DNA of 64,000 bases from an uncultured Myxococcales bacterium (GTDB lineage: Bacteria; Myxococcota_A; UBA9042). Positions 9,881 to 21,056 of the stretch are shown piece by piece. The stretch spans positions 13,461-77,460 of the forward strand of contig CAISBR010000004.1 in assembly GCA_903883645.1 (NCBI GenBank). The letters are read 5' to 3'. The stretch's first letter is position 1, and every line of letters starts with the position of its first letter. The notes under the pieces were generated by a model. It ran no database searches. It was not told the origin of the DNA and was given only the letters and a program-made list of their open reading frames with translations. The translations under genes were made by a program, and so were the position numbers.

Positions 9881-9907
9881 CCGCAGGCGATGCCACAGGA
9901 GGATACG

Positions 9908-10555
9908 ATGCAACCCCATGATCCCCAAAATGATCCCTTAAGGCAAAGGCCTGCGCCACGCTTTGAGGTGATCGCCGGCGGCAAGCCAGATCGCTGTCAA
10001 GAGCTCGCGGAGGAGTTGGCGCTGTGGACCGACGATGCGCTCGACGACGAGCAGGCCCAGCAAGTAGCTGATCACGTTCGTGTTTGCCGCGCTTGTGCCA
10101 GCGAGGCCCGGGCTTTGCGCGAGACGCTGGCTCTGCTGCGCGATGCCGATGAGCGCAGTCGCCCAGCGCGGACCCCCGGGTTTTGGAGTGCACTGGAAAC
10201 GTCGGTGCTTACCGAGGTCGATCGACAGCCGCAGGCGACGCCTTGGTGGCAACGCTCGGCGTGGCGCTTTGGGCTCGCGACGGCCCTGGCAGCCGTGGTA
10301 CTGGGTGCAGTGGCGGTGCCGATGGCGCATTGGTTGGCCCAAGCTCCGGCAGAGGCCGCGGCGACGGGCGACGCGGTGGCAGTGTTTGGCACGGCCAGCG
10401 AGGCCGTTACTGAAGATCGCAATTTTGTAAATGATCTGGCTGCGACGGACGATGACCCGCTGGGCACAGTCGATGAACTCGACGACCTCGACGATGTAGA
10501 CCTGGACGCCTTGGGCACTGCCATGGACGACCCGAATAACGGACATGGAGCCTAA
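9908..10555 (+). CDS. Zinc-finger (zf-HC2) anti-sigma factor
   Basis: HVRVCRAC (HxxxCxxC), single TM helix, acidic tail; SD AGGAGG. Confidence 0.85.
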   Translation: MQPHDPQNDPLRQRPAPRFEVIAGGKPDRCQELAEELALWTDDALDDEQAQQVADHVRVCRACASEARALRETLALLRDADERSRPARTPGFWSALETSVLTEVDRQPQATPWWQRSAWRFGLATALAAVVLGAVAVPMAHWLAQAPAEAAATGDAVAVFGTASEAVTEDRNFVNDLAATDDDPLGTVDELDDLDDVDLDALGTAMDDPNNGHGA

Positions 10556-11201
10556 GGTGATGCTTGTACGCCCCTTTCGCCGGCACTGGGCGGCCTTGAA
10601 TGCCGCGGTGACCGTAGCCGTGCTGGGCCTAGCGACCTCGCCTGTGCTGGCCGAGGATGCCCTGCCGCCCCGCCCCGCCGCCAGCACGACGGCTGCGCCC
10701 GCGCCCCTGCCGCCGCAACTTGGCAAGCCGCCCACCGCCAAGCCGGCCAAGCCGCCCAGCAAGGTCGATCCCAAACAGCGCGAGGCGGCGAAACAGAAAT
10801 TGCTGCAAAGCATCCGCGCCATGCGGGCCAAAGAATTGGGCGACGTGCTGAACCCCGATACCGCGGCGGTGGCCAAGGTGGTCGAGCTGTCGTCGGGTTT
10901 TGAAGATCAGCTGGTGGCGGCCCGCCAAGATCTCAGGCAAAAGCGCAGCGCTATCGATATCTTGCTAGCCCAACCCAAGCCAGATGACCCGGCACTCAAC
11001 CGAGCGGTCGACGCCCTGATGGCCCAGCGCAGAAAGCTAGAAGACATCGAGGCCGAGCGCACCGCGGCATTACGCAAGGTGCTGACGCCAAATCAGTTTG
11101 CCCGTGTGGTAGTGGCGTGGCCGCGCATCAATCGGCGCATTCAAGAGCAGCTGTATCGGGCGCTGCTGTCGGCGAAGCAGGGCGCGGTCGACGTCGAGTA
11201 A
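10545..11201 (+). CDS. Periplasmic Spy/CpxP/heavy-metal-sensor-like helical protein
   Basis: Signal peptide, helical body, VLTPNQ motif; third gene of the ECF operon. Confidence 0.7.
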   Translation: MEPKVMLVRPFRRHWAALNAAVTVAVLGLATSPVLAEDALPPRPAASTTAAPAPLPPQLGKPPTAKPAKPPSKVDPKQREAAKQKLLQSIRAMRAKELGDVLNPDTAAVAKVVELSSGFEDQLVAARQDLRQKRSAIDILLAQPKPDDPALNRAVDALMAQRRKLEDIEAERTAALRKVLTPNQFARVVVAWPRINRRIQEQLYRALLSAKQGAVDVE

Positions 11202-11231
11202 ACCGGCAGACGCCAACAGGCGAAATTGCGG

Positions 11232-12485
<1,254 letters not shown>

Positions 12486-12614
12486 GGTGACCTCCGGGGC
12501 CGGCATTGTCGGTCAAGTGCGGCGACCTGCAAAGGGCACATGCGCGTGCGCGGTTGACAACGTAGCCACAGTTCGAAAAAACGCAGCTGCGGGCCGCTCC
12601 CGCTTGAGCGCGCA

Positions 12615-13169
12615 ATGCCCCTGCCCTGGATGGAACACAGTCGCACGCAGATAGCCGAAACCCGTGTTTTTACAGTGTGGTCGACCCAGCGCGCGTCGCC
12701 GCGTACGGGCGCGGTCCACACGTTTGGCCTGATCGACTGCCCCGATTGGGTCAATGTGGTGCCGCTGACGGATACCGGCGAGCTGGTGATGATCGAGCAA
12801 TTTCGCCATGGCATTTCTGCAGTTACACTAGAAGTGCCGGGCGGCATGGTCGACCCGGGCGAGTCGCCGCTCGAGGCCGCCCGCCGCGAGCTGCTCGAAG
12901 AAACGGGATATGCCTGTCGCGAGATCCGCCCACTGGGCGCGGTGCATCCCAATCCGGCCCTGCAACCCAATCGCTGCCACTCGTTCGTGGCACTGGGCTG
13001 CCACAAAGTGTGCGAGCCGCATTTCGATTCGACGGAAGACTGTCGCCTAAAGGTGGTGCAAGCCGATCAGGCCGGCGCGTTGGTGGGCGATGGCTCCATT
13101 ACGCATGCGCTGGTGATCACGGCGTTTTCGTATGCTTGGTTGCAGGGTTACCTACCTATCAAGCCCTAG
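12615..13169 (+). CDS. NUDIX hydrolase (ADP-ribose pyrophosphatase-like)
   Basis: PGGMVDPGESPLEAARRELLEETGY Nudix box. Confidence 0.92.
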   Translation: MPLPWMEHSRTQIAETRVFTVWSTQRASPRTGAVHTFGLIDCPDWVNVVPLTDTGELVMIEQFRHGISAVTLEVPGGMVDPGESPLEAARRELLEETGYACREIRPLGAVHPNPALQPNRCHSFVALGCHKVCEPHFDSTEDCRLKVVQADQAGALVGDGSITHALVITAFSYAWLQGYLPIKP

Positions 13170-13520
13170 CTAACCCTCGTCGCGCGCCATCGCCGCGATC
13201 AAGCGCTTGCGCTGGTCTGGAAACAGGTGCTTGAAGCGGATTGCCCAGGCCAATTCGCTCGCGGGCGACGGCCCCATCACTTCGCCAAGTGCGCGGACGG
13301 GTTCACCTTCGTCGACATCGAGGTCGAGCCACACATAGCGCCCCAGCACCGCCGACGGCGGCTCGGCCAGGCTTACACCTTGCAGATCAAAGTGCTGGGC
13401 GGTGGCCACACAATCGGGCTCGTCCTGGGCACGCCGGCGATGCAGCCCCACACGGTAGGCGTGCGGCGCGCGCTGCTCCGGGGCACGGCGAGAGGCGACG
13501 GAAGTGGTCTCGGTCTGCAT
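13170..13520 (-). CDS. PilZ-like domain protein
   Basis: RRAPEQRAP (RxxxxR), degenerate HFDLQG, AIRF strand; 116 aa. Confidence 0.55.
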   Translation of the reverse strand: MQTETTSVASRRAPEQRAPHAYRVGLHRRRAQDEPDCVATAQHFDLQGVSLAEPPSAVLGRYVWLDLDVDEGEPVRALGEVMGPSPASELAWAIRFKHLFPDQRKRLIAAMARDEG

Positions 13521-13605
13521 GGGGCCCTAGACTGCCAACTGCGGCAGACTGCGATAGTGGCCCAGCCTCGTGCGCCGTCAAAAAATGCGCACGCTCGACC
13601 GCCGG

Positions 13606-14700
13606 CTAGTGGGCGCGGGCCTTGACGATCTCATCGTATTCAGCCGTATACATGCCCAGATTATTGCGTACAATCTGCAGGTTTTGCGTGTTCGCCGGCC
13701 TACCGTGCACATCGTCGAGGCGCTGCATCTGCCGCTCGACCTCGCTCAGCCGGTCGATAATGCCGCACAACCGATCGAGATCACGGGTAGCGCGCGTCTT
13801 GCCCGCAAAGTGCTCGCCGTAGGACTCAAACTCCGCGTTCGCCGCGGTCGCCAGGTCGCTCTCGAGCGAGGCCGCACTCGCCTTTTGCCGCTCCGCACGA
13901 ATCGCCGTCAGCTCGCTTTGCCACGCCACAAGCCGCGACTCGACAATACCGAGGTTCTGGTCATTGCTCGCATCGGCCAAGCCCTGCTTCTTCAGCGCCA
14001 CCATCTTGTCGCGCACGGTCTGCAGCGCACCGGTCAGCCGCACCAGCAGCTCGGGGCGCCGCGACACCCGCGGCTGATTGGCAAAGCAGCGCGTGTACTG
14101 AGCAAACAGGTTATTGGCCGTGCCGCCCAGCGCCGAAGCCTGGTCATCCGGCGCACCGTCGCTCTGGGCCTTTGCGACCTCTTGCCGCTCTTTGGTGAAC
14201 TGGTCGATACGGCCGTCGATCACCGCCAGGTCGCTGCGCGCACCCTCGAGGTCGGGCCGCTGCGCCACCAAGGCCGCCATCGCCGCGCGAATCGTCTTGA
14301 GTTCATCGAGCATGTCGCCCAGCAGCGTGCCGTCGCGACTCGTGCGACTCTGCCCCGCAAAGTGGCGAGCATACACATGAAACACTTGGTTGGCCCGCGA
14401 CCCCAGCTTGCCCGCTTCGGTCGCTTGCGGCCCCTGGCGCTTGGCTTGGTCGATCAGCGTGCGTTCGCTGCGGTACAGCTCGAGCTGCCGTTCGGACTGC
14501 GCCACCACCTCGTCGCGTTCTGCCGATTCGCCTTTGGCACTGCGCAGTTGCCCGGCAAGGTCTTGGCACGAAGCGATCAGGTCGTCGAGCAGGTCAAGGC
14601 TGCGCGTCGCCCGCGCGTGACCGGCAAAATTCGCCGCGTAGCGCTGATCGATCTGTTCAAGTTGCTTCTTGATCTTAGTAGCTTGCGTGTCTTGCGTCAT
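13606..14700 (-). CDS. Hypothetical alpha-helical protein with four ~90-aa internal repeats
   Basis: Repeated YxxxFA(G/N)xxRx(T/S)R motif at 89-92 aa spacing. Confidence 0.85.
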   Translation of the reverse strand: MTQDTQATKIKKQLEQIDQRYAANFAGHARATRSLDLLDDLIASCQDLAGQLRSAKGESAERDEVVAQSERQLELYRSERTLIDQAKRQGPQATEAGKLGSRANQVFHVYARHFAGQSRTSRDGTLLGDMLDELKTIRAAMAALVAQRPDLEGARSDLAVIDGRIDQFTKERQEVAKAQSDGAPDDQASALGGTANNLFAQYTRCFANQPRVSRRPELLVRLTGALQTVRDKMVALKKQGLADASNDQNLGIVESRLVAWQSELTAIRAERQKASAASLESDLATAANAEFESYGEHFAGKTRATRDLDRLCGIIDRLSEVERQMQRLDDVHGRPANTQNLQIVRNNLGMYTAEYDEIVKARAH

Positions 14701-14784
14701 CAGGCGCTGGGTTCCATACGCCGCGTTAGGCGGCAGGCTCCACAGCAAAGCACGCCACTTCGGCCGCGCAAGGCACGGCTTCGG

Positions 14785-15051
14785 CTATTGCGGGTCGTCG
14801 CGCAATTCTTCGGTGTCTTGCACCTTGGCATCGCCGTACTCGGCAATCAGGGCCTCGGCGCGATCGGCGTCGTCCAGCGGCACCACCACCCCCGTGCCGT
14901 GGGCAAACGCCAGCGCCGGGTCCAGGCCGCCCAGGTCATCTTCGTCGATAAGCTGTGCGTCGATGCCGTTGCCGCGAAGCCACTGCAAAATCGGCTCGGC
15001 GTCCATCGGGTTGTCTGCGTAGAAGACCTTGCGTTCGTCGGAGAATACCAT
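14785..15051 (-). CDS. DUF2007-like small putative signal-transduction protein
   Basis: DAEPILQWLRGNGIDA...VVVPLDDADRAEALI pattern. Confidence 0.7.
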   Translation of the reverse strand: MVFSDERKVFYADNPMDAEPILQWLRGNGIDAQLIDEDDLGGLDPALAFAHGTGVVVPLDDADRAEALIAEYGDAKVQDTEELRDDPQ

Positions 15052-15110
15052 GATCGCCCTCCACTTTCGCTGCCTAGACTCAAGGTAGGTCGGCGCGGGC
15101 CAGCGGCAAG

Positions 15111-17396
15111 CTATTTCGTGGAGCACATGGCGGCGTCGGCGCTGCCGAGCGGGCTTAGGTAGCACGGGCGAATGCAGGCGGTGCCCGTATCGCTCCACAT
15201 CTTGCCGCCCTTGGGGTCTTTGGGGTCTTTCAGGGCCAAGCACTGGTTGCCAGTCTGCAAGCACGGCTTAAACACGGCGTCGGTGCCGCCAATGGCGTCG
15301 TTCGGCCAGTTGATCTTGCCCACGTACCACATGTCGACCGGGCTCATCTCTTGGTCTTTGTACTCGACCTTCAAGTTGCCGAGGACATAAATCCGCACAG
15401 TTGCATAGCTTTTGCCAAAACCGTGGTCGTTCCAGTAGTGCACACCGACCGAGTACTGCAACGGCTCGCTCACCGTGCCCTGCGGCACATCGAGGTTGAT
15501 GTTCTCGGGCCCGGCGCCATCGGTGTCGTCGAGGTCGAGATGCGCATCGTCGTCGGTAGTCGACGCGCTGCCCCACTTGGGCATGGGGTTGAACCAGAAG
15601 CAATCAAACGGCTGATTGAACCACGGGTCGGGCTCGCCATCGCAGTCGAGATCCTGGCCTTGCGCCAGCGGATGGGCCAAGTGCAAGTCCATGTCGGCAC
15701 CCACGCCCTGGCCTTGGTTGGTCTCGTCCGAATCGGCGGGCGTCTTCCACAGCAGCTCCGCGTGCAGAGCTTCGCTAGGAATCACCAGCACTTCGACACA
15801 CACGGGGTCGCCGCACGACTTCTTGGGCGGACTCTGATTGTCGTACACATCCAGGCAAAACTCGTAGGTACCCGCGGCGTTCGTGGTAAAGGTGGGGTCG
15901 GGGAAGTTGGCGCCGGGCACAAATGTCTGCTTGTAGCCTTCGGGCTGCTTGGCCACGGTCCACACGTACTTCGACACGCTGCCACCGCCGGGGGCATACG
16001 ACGCTGAACCCTTTAAGTGCAATACGGTTTGCGGCACGACCTGTTCGCCTTCTTGCACCGTGACCAGCGCCACCGGGCAGGTCTCGGCCACACACACGCC
16101 CGTCAGCTTGAGCGCCACGGGCGAGGCATTCGACTCAAAGTCCAAACTGCCCAGGTCGGGCGCATCCGCCAGCGCAGGCGGCATGTAAGTCACTTTAAAC
16201 TCTTTACTATCGTTGACGGCGAGCACCCACGGCGCTGCGGCGGTCGGCTTGCCCAGCGTGCCAAAATCGACCGTATAGGCATCGCGCGCGCCGGCGTTGA
16301 GGCCGATGTTGCTGAGTGTGAGCTTTTCGCTGCCGCAGTTGGCCACGGTGATGTTTTGCGGAACCGTGCTGCCGACTTTGACCGCGCCAAAATTGACCAC
16401 CGGCGACGGCGTAACCTGGATACACGGCACCTTGGTGTTGGCGGTGACGAGGATCGGCAGGCCGCCGACAATGGTGAGATCGTTGCTGAAAATCTTGATC
16501 TCGCCGGCGCGTTTCTTGTCGTCGACGGGCTTAAAGTGCACGACGCCGCCGAGGGTACTGCCCGGCGCAATCGCCAGCGGCGGATCAAAGGCGGGCAGCG
16601 CGGTGCCGCCCTTTAGACTTTTGCCGGCAATGTCGACCGCGAACGACGAGTCGAGGTTCAGCTCAAATTTGCTGAGATACAGCGTACTTTCGCCGCCATT
16701 GAGCACCGCAAAGGTACCCGTGGCCTCGCTGCCGAGCTTGACGTAGGGGAAGTCGACCTGCGGCGGCTGCACGCTGATCTTCGGTTTGCCTGCCGTGGTA
16801 ACCACCTGGAAACACAGGTTCTTCTTGGCAAAATCCTTGTCGCCGCCCATCACCATGCACACCTTGGCGGTGCGAACCTTGGTGTCGAACTGGGTGTAGC
16901 GGATCTTGAACGTTTCCTGCGCGAACAGACCGCTTGGGGTGGCGCCGCCCACGGGCGCGAGCTTCTTCCACATCCCCTTCTTTTCTGAGCAGGGAACGGT
17001 GCCGGTCGAGTCCCAGCAAGAAAGTGCAACCACAGACGTTTCTTGCGGATTAGTGGGCGTATAGCTGAACTTGATGTCGTCGATGCGCAGCGCCGCCGCC
17101 GAGGTCAAATTGGCGGTATTGGTGATGCGAAACTCAGCATCGGTGGTCTGCCCCAACGCGACCGAGCCGATCTGCAACTCGGTCTTGTCGCCCGTCGCGC
17201 CGGTCATTTGCTGGCTGTTGGCTAGGCGGCGCACCTCGGCCTTGGCGTAGCAGTCGAGGCCCGTTTGCACGCCGTTTAGGCAGCTTTCGAGCCCACCGCC
17301 CTCGCTCGACGCGGTGGTCGAGGTACTGGCGTCTTGGCCACAGGCGCTCAGCAAAAGCGCGACTATAATCAACACGTTCCATGGCATGGTTCGCAT
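15111..17396 (-). CDS. Lipoprotein with choice-of-anchor D/ASH Ig-like repeats, PKD-like domain and acidic C-terminal domain
   Basis: Lipobox LSAC; VDFPYV..NGG and VNFGAV..NCG repeats; YVWT..GTYEFCLDV; DMDLHL and LDLDDTDGAGPENI. Confidence 0.75.
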   Translation of the reverse strand: MRTMPWNVLIIVALLLSACGQDASTSTTASSEGGGLESCLNGVQTGLDCYAKAEVRRLANSQQMTGATGDKTELQIGSVALGQTTDAEFRITNTANLTSAAALRIDDIKFSYTPTNPQETSVVALSCWDSTGTVPCSEKKGMWKKLAPVGGATPSGLFAQETFKIRYTQFDTKVRTAKVCMVMGGDKDFAKKNLCFQVVTTAGKPKISVQPPQVDFPYVKLGSEATGTFAVLNGGESTLYLSKFELNLDSSFAVDIAGKSLKGGTALPAFDPPLAIAPGSTLGGVVHFKPVDDKKRAGEIKIFSNDLTIVGGLPILVTANTKVPCIQVTPSPVVNFGAVKVGSTVPQNITVANCGSEKLTLSNIGLNAGARDAYTVDFGTLGKPTAAAPWVLAVNDSKEFKVTYMPPALADAPDLGSLDFESNASPVALKLTGVCVAETCPVALVTVQEGEQVVPQTVLHLKGSASYAPGGGSVSKYVWTVAKQPEGYKQTFVPGANFPDPTFTTNAAGTYEFCLDVYDNQSPPKKSCGDPVCVEVLVIPSEALHAELLWKTPADSDETNQGQGVGADMDLHLAHPLAQGQDLDCDGEPDPWFNQPFDCFWFNPMPKWGSASTTDDDAHLDLDDTDGAGPENINLDVPQGTVSEPLQYSVGVHYWNDHGFGKSYATVRIYVLGNLKVEYKDQEMSPVDMWYVGKINWPNDAIGGTDAVFKPCLQTGNQCLALKDPKDPKGGKMWSDTGTACIRPCYLSPLGSADAAMCSTK

Positions 17397-17536
17397 GCAA
17401 TTCCCCATCGGCCGCTTTTGACGCAATTGGCAGCGACCACAGCCCGCGCAGCAACCGCTCATCGTGCGGTAACCCGCCAGCTTGCGCAAGTGGCCGCGGG
17501 CGCGACGGCGAGGTCGCCCACAGACCGGCTCTGACG

Positions 17537-18799
17537 CTAACGGAACAAGCTAAACAGGGTGGCGATGCCAATGTGGACCTGAACGATGCGCGCGCGCTGT
17601 GTTTCCCACAACTCAAGGCCTAGGCCGTTCCAGCGAAAGCCGTCGCCGTCGCCGCTGAACCACACGCCGGCGCGCAATTCGTCGGCCCAGCCAAGTGTGG
17701 GCGAGCCGTTGCGGCGGTCGCTGCTGGCCGACCAGCTGGGTTCGAACCAGGCGATCGTGTCGTATTTGCCAAGAGTGGTGTGGCCTTGGGCGCGGGCCGA
17801 CATCAGCAAGGTGCCGGGCAAGACACTTTCGGTCACGCCGGTGACGCTGAGGCCGCCCTGTACAGCCAAGCCATGCCGGGCGTTGCCGACTTGGGCGCCT
17901 AGAAACCCTGCCAAACCATAAGAAAATCCTAGGGGCAAGCCGCCGCCAAACTCCAAGCGCAGGGTCGCCGTCCAGCCCTGCTGCCGCGAGGCGCTCAGGA
18001 TGTGTACGCCCAGGTCGCCGGCTAATTTCTGCTGGCCACCACTGAAGTTACCCCCTACATAGGCCGAGCCGAAGCCGAGACCGGTATCGCCCTTAGGCGT
18101 GAGCAGATCGGGGTCGAACAAGCTGCCGGCCGCTGCAGGCCAGTCGCGCGCACACACAGCATCGGCCGTAGGGCGAATCTCATCGGTTAAGTCTGGGTGA
18201 TTTGGACATAAAGTGGCCTTGTCGACCTTGGCCTCGCGCAGCATCCAGATGGACGCAGCCGCGAGATCGGGCGTGGGCACCGCATCAAACTCGTCGACGG
18301 CGCCCGCCGGTGCTGGGCTGGGCGGCTCGGGCGGCGGCACGTACTCCGTCACCAGTCGCATGGCTACCCAGCTCGTCTTGCCGACAATGCCGGCCGAAAC
18401 GATCGTGGCCGACCAACCGGCGCTGGCTTGCACGGCCCCGACATCGACCACCCGACCGTCGCTGTAGCGCACACGGTGGCGGACAGAGCCTACGTAGGCG
18501 ACGTGGATCGTGTCGCCATCGTCGACGGCAGTCGCGGGCAGTCGGGCCAAGGCAGCCACAGCCAATTTGCGAATTGCGGCAGGATCTTGCTGAGGTAGCG
18601 GGCCAACAATACCCGCAACGGTGCCCACGGCGACCACGGGCGGCGGCGCCACAGGCACGGGATCGGTCGCGGCGGGGGTCCCCGGCTTTGCCCCAGGCGG
18701 TGCAGGCCGCGGCCCCGCCAGGCCCATAGCCGGCACCAACAGCAGCGACGCAATCGCGCCAAGCACCAACAGCAAGCTGCGTTTGACCCTAATCTTCAT
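17537..18799 (-). CDS. Secreted hypothetical protein with C-terminal beta-barrel-like region
   Basis: Signal peptide, Pro-rich linkers, alternating Gly/aromatic strands in the last ~190 aa. Confidence 0.6.
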   Translation of the reverse strand: MKIRVKRSLLLVLGAIASLLLVPAMGLAGPRPAPPGAKPGTPAATDPVPVAPPPVVAVGTVAGIVGPLPQQDPAAIRKLAVAALARLPATAVDDGDTIHVAYVGSVRHRVRYSDGRVVDVGAVQASAGWSATIVSAGIVGKTSWVAMRLVTEYVPPPEPPSPAPAGAVDEFDAVPTPDLAAASIWMLREAKVDKATLCPNHPDLTDEIRPTADAVCARDWPAAAGSLFDPDLLTPKGDTGLGFGSAYVGGNFSGGQQKLAGDLGVHILSASRQQGWTATLRLEFGGGLPLGFSYGLAGFLGAQVGNARHGLAVQGGLSVTGVTESVLPGTLLMSARAQGHTTLGKYDTIAWFEPSWSASSDRRNGSPTLGWADELRAGVWFSGDGDGFRWNGLGLELWETQRARIVQVHIGIATLFSLFR

Positions 18800-19082
18800 A
18801 GCTTTTGCCCCGCAACTGGACGAGCGACCCGCCGCCATCGTAGAACGCGCGACGGATGCGACGCAATTGCCGCGATCGCACCTTCGACACAAATTTTAAG
18901 ATTGTAGGTGCCCTGCGACCTAGCGAGGCAGGCGGCGGAGTTGCTAGGCTTGCCCTGCCCGGCCAGCCGTGGTCGGCCCCACCGGGCACCCATCCGGCGC
19001 CCGACGTCGCAGCGCCAGACTGTTCACGGCCTATACCATCTTTCTGCAGAATACTTAAGAACTTACGACCCATGGAGGACTC

Positions 19083-19586
19083 ATGCGCCTTGTCGCCATC
19101 ACCCTGTTGACCCTGCTCGCCACCGCCTGTAACTCGGAAGGCGGCAATCAGACCACGGCCGACAACACCTGCTCGGCCAAGGTGGCTTGGTCCGGCGGCG
19201 ACCATGGCAGCAGCGAAATGCGTCCGGGTGGCGACTGCATCGGTTGCCACAAAAGTCGCGGCGAAGGACCCAACTACGTAGTCGCGGGCACGATCTACGG
19301 CGACATCGCCGATCACGACAACTGCGAAGGCAAGTCGGCCATTACGGTGCAGATCACGGGCGCCGACGGCAAAGTCACCTCGGTGACCAGCAACGCCGCG
19401 GGCAACTTTTCGCTGAGCAACAGCAAGGGCTCAGTCAAGTTCCCGTACACCGTACAACTGCTCTACAACGGCAAGAAATACGGGGCGATGGCCACCAAGG
19501 TGTCGGACGGGTCGTGCAATACGTGCCACACCGCCACCGGCGAGACCGAGGGCCCCGCCGGGCGCATCATCGCGTTCGAAGAATAA
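19083..19586 (+). CDS. Diheme cytochrome c lipoprotein
   Basis: Lipobox ATAC; two CxxCH motifs (CIGCH, CNTCH) flanking a beta-sandwich (TSNAAGNF); SD GGAGG. Confidence 0.85.
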   Translation: MRLVAITLLTLLATACNSEGGNQTTADNTCSAKVAWSGGDHGSSEMRPGGDCIGCHKSRGEGPNYVVAGTIYGDIADHDNCEGKSAITVQITGADGKVTSVTSNAAGNFSLSNSKGSVKFPYTVQLLYNGKKYGAMATKVSDGSCNTCHTATGETEGPAGRIIAFEE

Positions 19587-19719
19587 CTGCAGCCGAAGCG
19601 AACCGCACCCGCGCAGAATACTTGCCGCTGCGACGCAGAAACCGCACCATGATCGCCAGAGTCGCCGCCGCCGAGGGGTTCTGCCCAACGCGGCGAGCGG
19701 CAGGCGACAGGGGTGTGCG

Positions 19720-20901
19720 ATGCGAATGCTCGTTCTGATGGCAATTCTTGGGGCGACAGCTTGTGGTGCGACCCCTAACTCGGGCGGCAATTACTACGAC
19801 GAGGGCGGGCCGGCGCCAGTATTCGGCAGCGACTCGGGCGCTGTGACCCCGGCTAGCGACGCAGCGACCGTTAAAGCCGACGCCGCAGCCGACGTAAGCC
19901 TAAGCGACACAACCGTTCTAGCCGACGTCACCGTAATCGGCGAGGATGGTCAGGGCCAAGACGGCGCAAACCCCATCGACGCGATCGCCGATCAAGTGGG
20001 CAAAGATACCCAGGCCGACACCAAAGCAGACGCCAAATCCGACACGGCGGACGCAAAATCGGACACGGTCGACGCCAAAGTAGACGCGAGCCCAGTGTGC
20101 GGCGACAAGAAGTGCGACGCGGCAAGCGAGGACTGCGCCAACTGCCCCAGCGACTGCGGCGTATGCCCCGCCGTGTGCGGCGACGGCACGTGCGACAGCT
20201 CGGAAACCTGCGGCGGCTGCCCAGCCGACTGCTGCACCCCCAGCTGCGGCAACGGCACCTGCGAGCAACCGGGCGAAAATTGCAGCACCTGTAGCGCGGA
20301 CTGTGGCAACTGCCCGACCGGCACCTGCAACACCATTACCTCGCAAGGCTGCAAAGCTGCTGAGCAATGCTACCTGGGCAGCGACATGAAACCGGTCTGC
20401 GGCGCGCCCGGCAGCGTGGCCGCAGGCTTGGCCTGCAACGCCGTAGCCGATTGCGTAAAGGGCTATATCTGCGTCTCGGGCCAATGCAGCAAAGTCTGCG
20501 ATACCAAGAACTTGACACCCGGCTACGCCTGTCCGAACAGTGGCATCTGCGACGAGCTGAGCGCCAACGGCGTAGCCTTGCCCAACAACTTGGGCGTGTG
20601 CTTTGGCGGGCAAACCTGCAATTTGGTTAACAATTCGGGGTGCCCTAGCGGCCAGGCGTGCGTCTTCAGCGGCACAACCAAGGGCTGTGTGATCGCGGGC
20701 CCCGGCGGTACAGGCGCGGTGTGCCAAGGTTACACCGACTGCAAGACGAGCCACATCTGCGTCAACGATGGCAAATCATCGACTTGCCGGCAAAAATGCA
20801 CGACGACGGGCACGGTTACCTGCACCGTCGGCACCTGTTCGGGCTTGACGAGCGGCAATCCGCCCAAAAGCACACCCGACTCGCTGGGCGGCTGCTTCTA
20901 A
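19720..20901 (+). CDS. Cys-rich lipoprotein
   Basis: Lipobox ATAC, D/A/K-rich tether, three CG(D/N)xxC..ExCxxCxxDC repeats followed by other Cys modules. Confidence 0.8.
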   Translation: MRMLVLMAILGATACGATPNSGGNYYDEGGPAPVFGSDSGAVTPASDAATVKADAAADVSLSDTTVLADVTVIGEDGQGQDGANPIDAIADQVGKDTQADTKADAKSDTADAKSDTVDAKVDASPVCGDKKCDAASEDCANCPSDCGVCPAVCGDGTCDSSETCGGCPADCCTPSCGNGTCEQPGENCSTCSADCGNCPTGTCNTITSQGCKAAEQCYLGSDMKPVCGAPGSVAAGLACNAVADCVKGYICVSGQCSKVCDTKNLTPGYACPNSGICDELSANGVALPNNLGVCFGGQTCNLVNNSGCPSGQACVFSGTTKGCVIAGPGGTGAVCQGYTDCKTSHICVNDGKSSTCRQKCTTTGTVTCTVGTCSGLTSGNPPKSTPDSLGGCF

Positions 20902-21056
20902 GCCCGCACTGCCAGCGCCAACGCGGCGGCCAATGCAAGGCCACGAGCCTTGGTTACAACCAATGGATGCCAGCTAGTTTTGCCCCTGGGGCAGATCGAG
21001 TGCCGGCGTGGCGCGTCTTGCTGAGTGCGGCAACAGAAGTCGCCGAGGAGCAAGCG

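Noticed and set aside
13570-15162. 530-aa plus-strand ORF
   Set aside because: Antisense shadow of minus-strand genes with coherent motifs; no motif of its own
18930-18945. Sigma54-like GG-N10-GC upstream of the diheme cytochrome
   Set aside because: Poor -24 match (AGGCGG versus TGGCAC); expected by chance at this GC content
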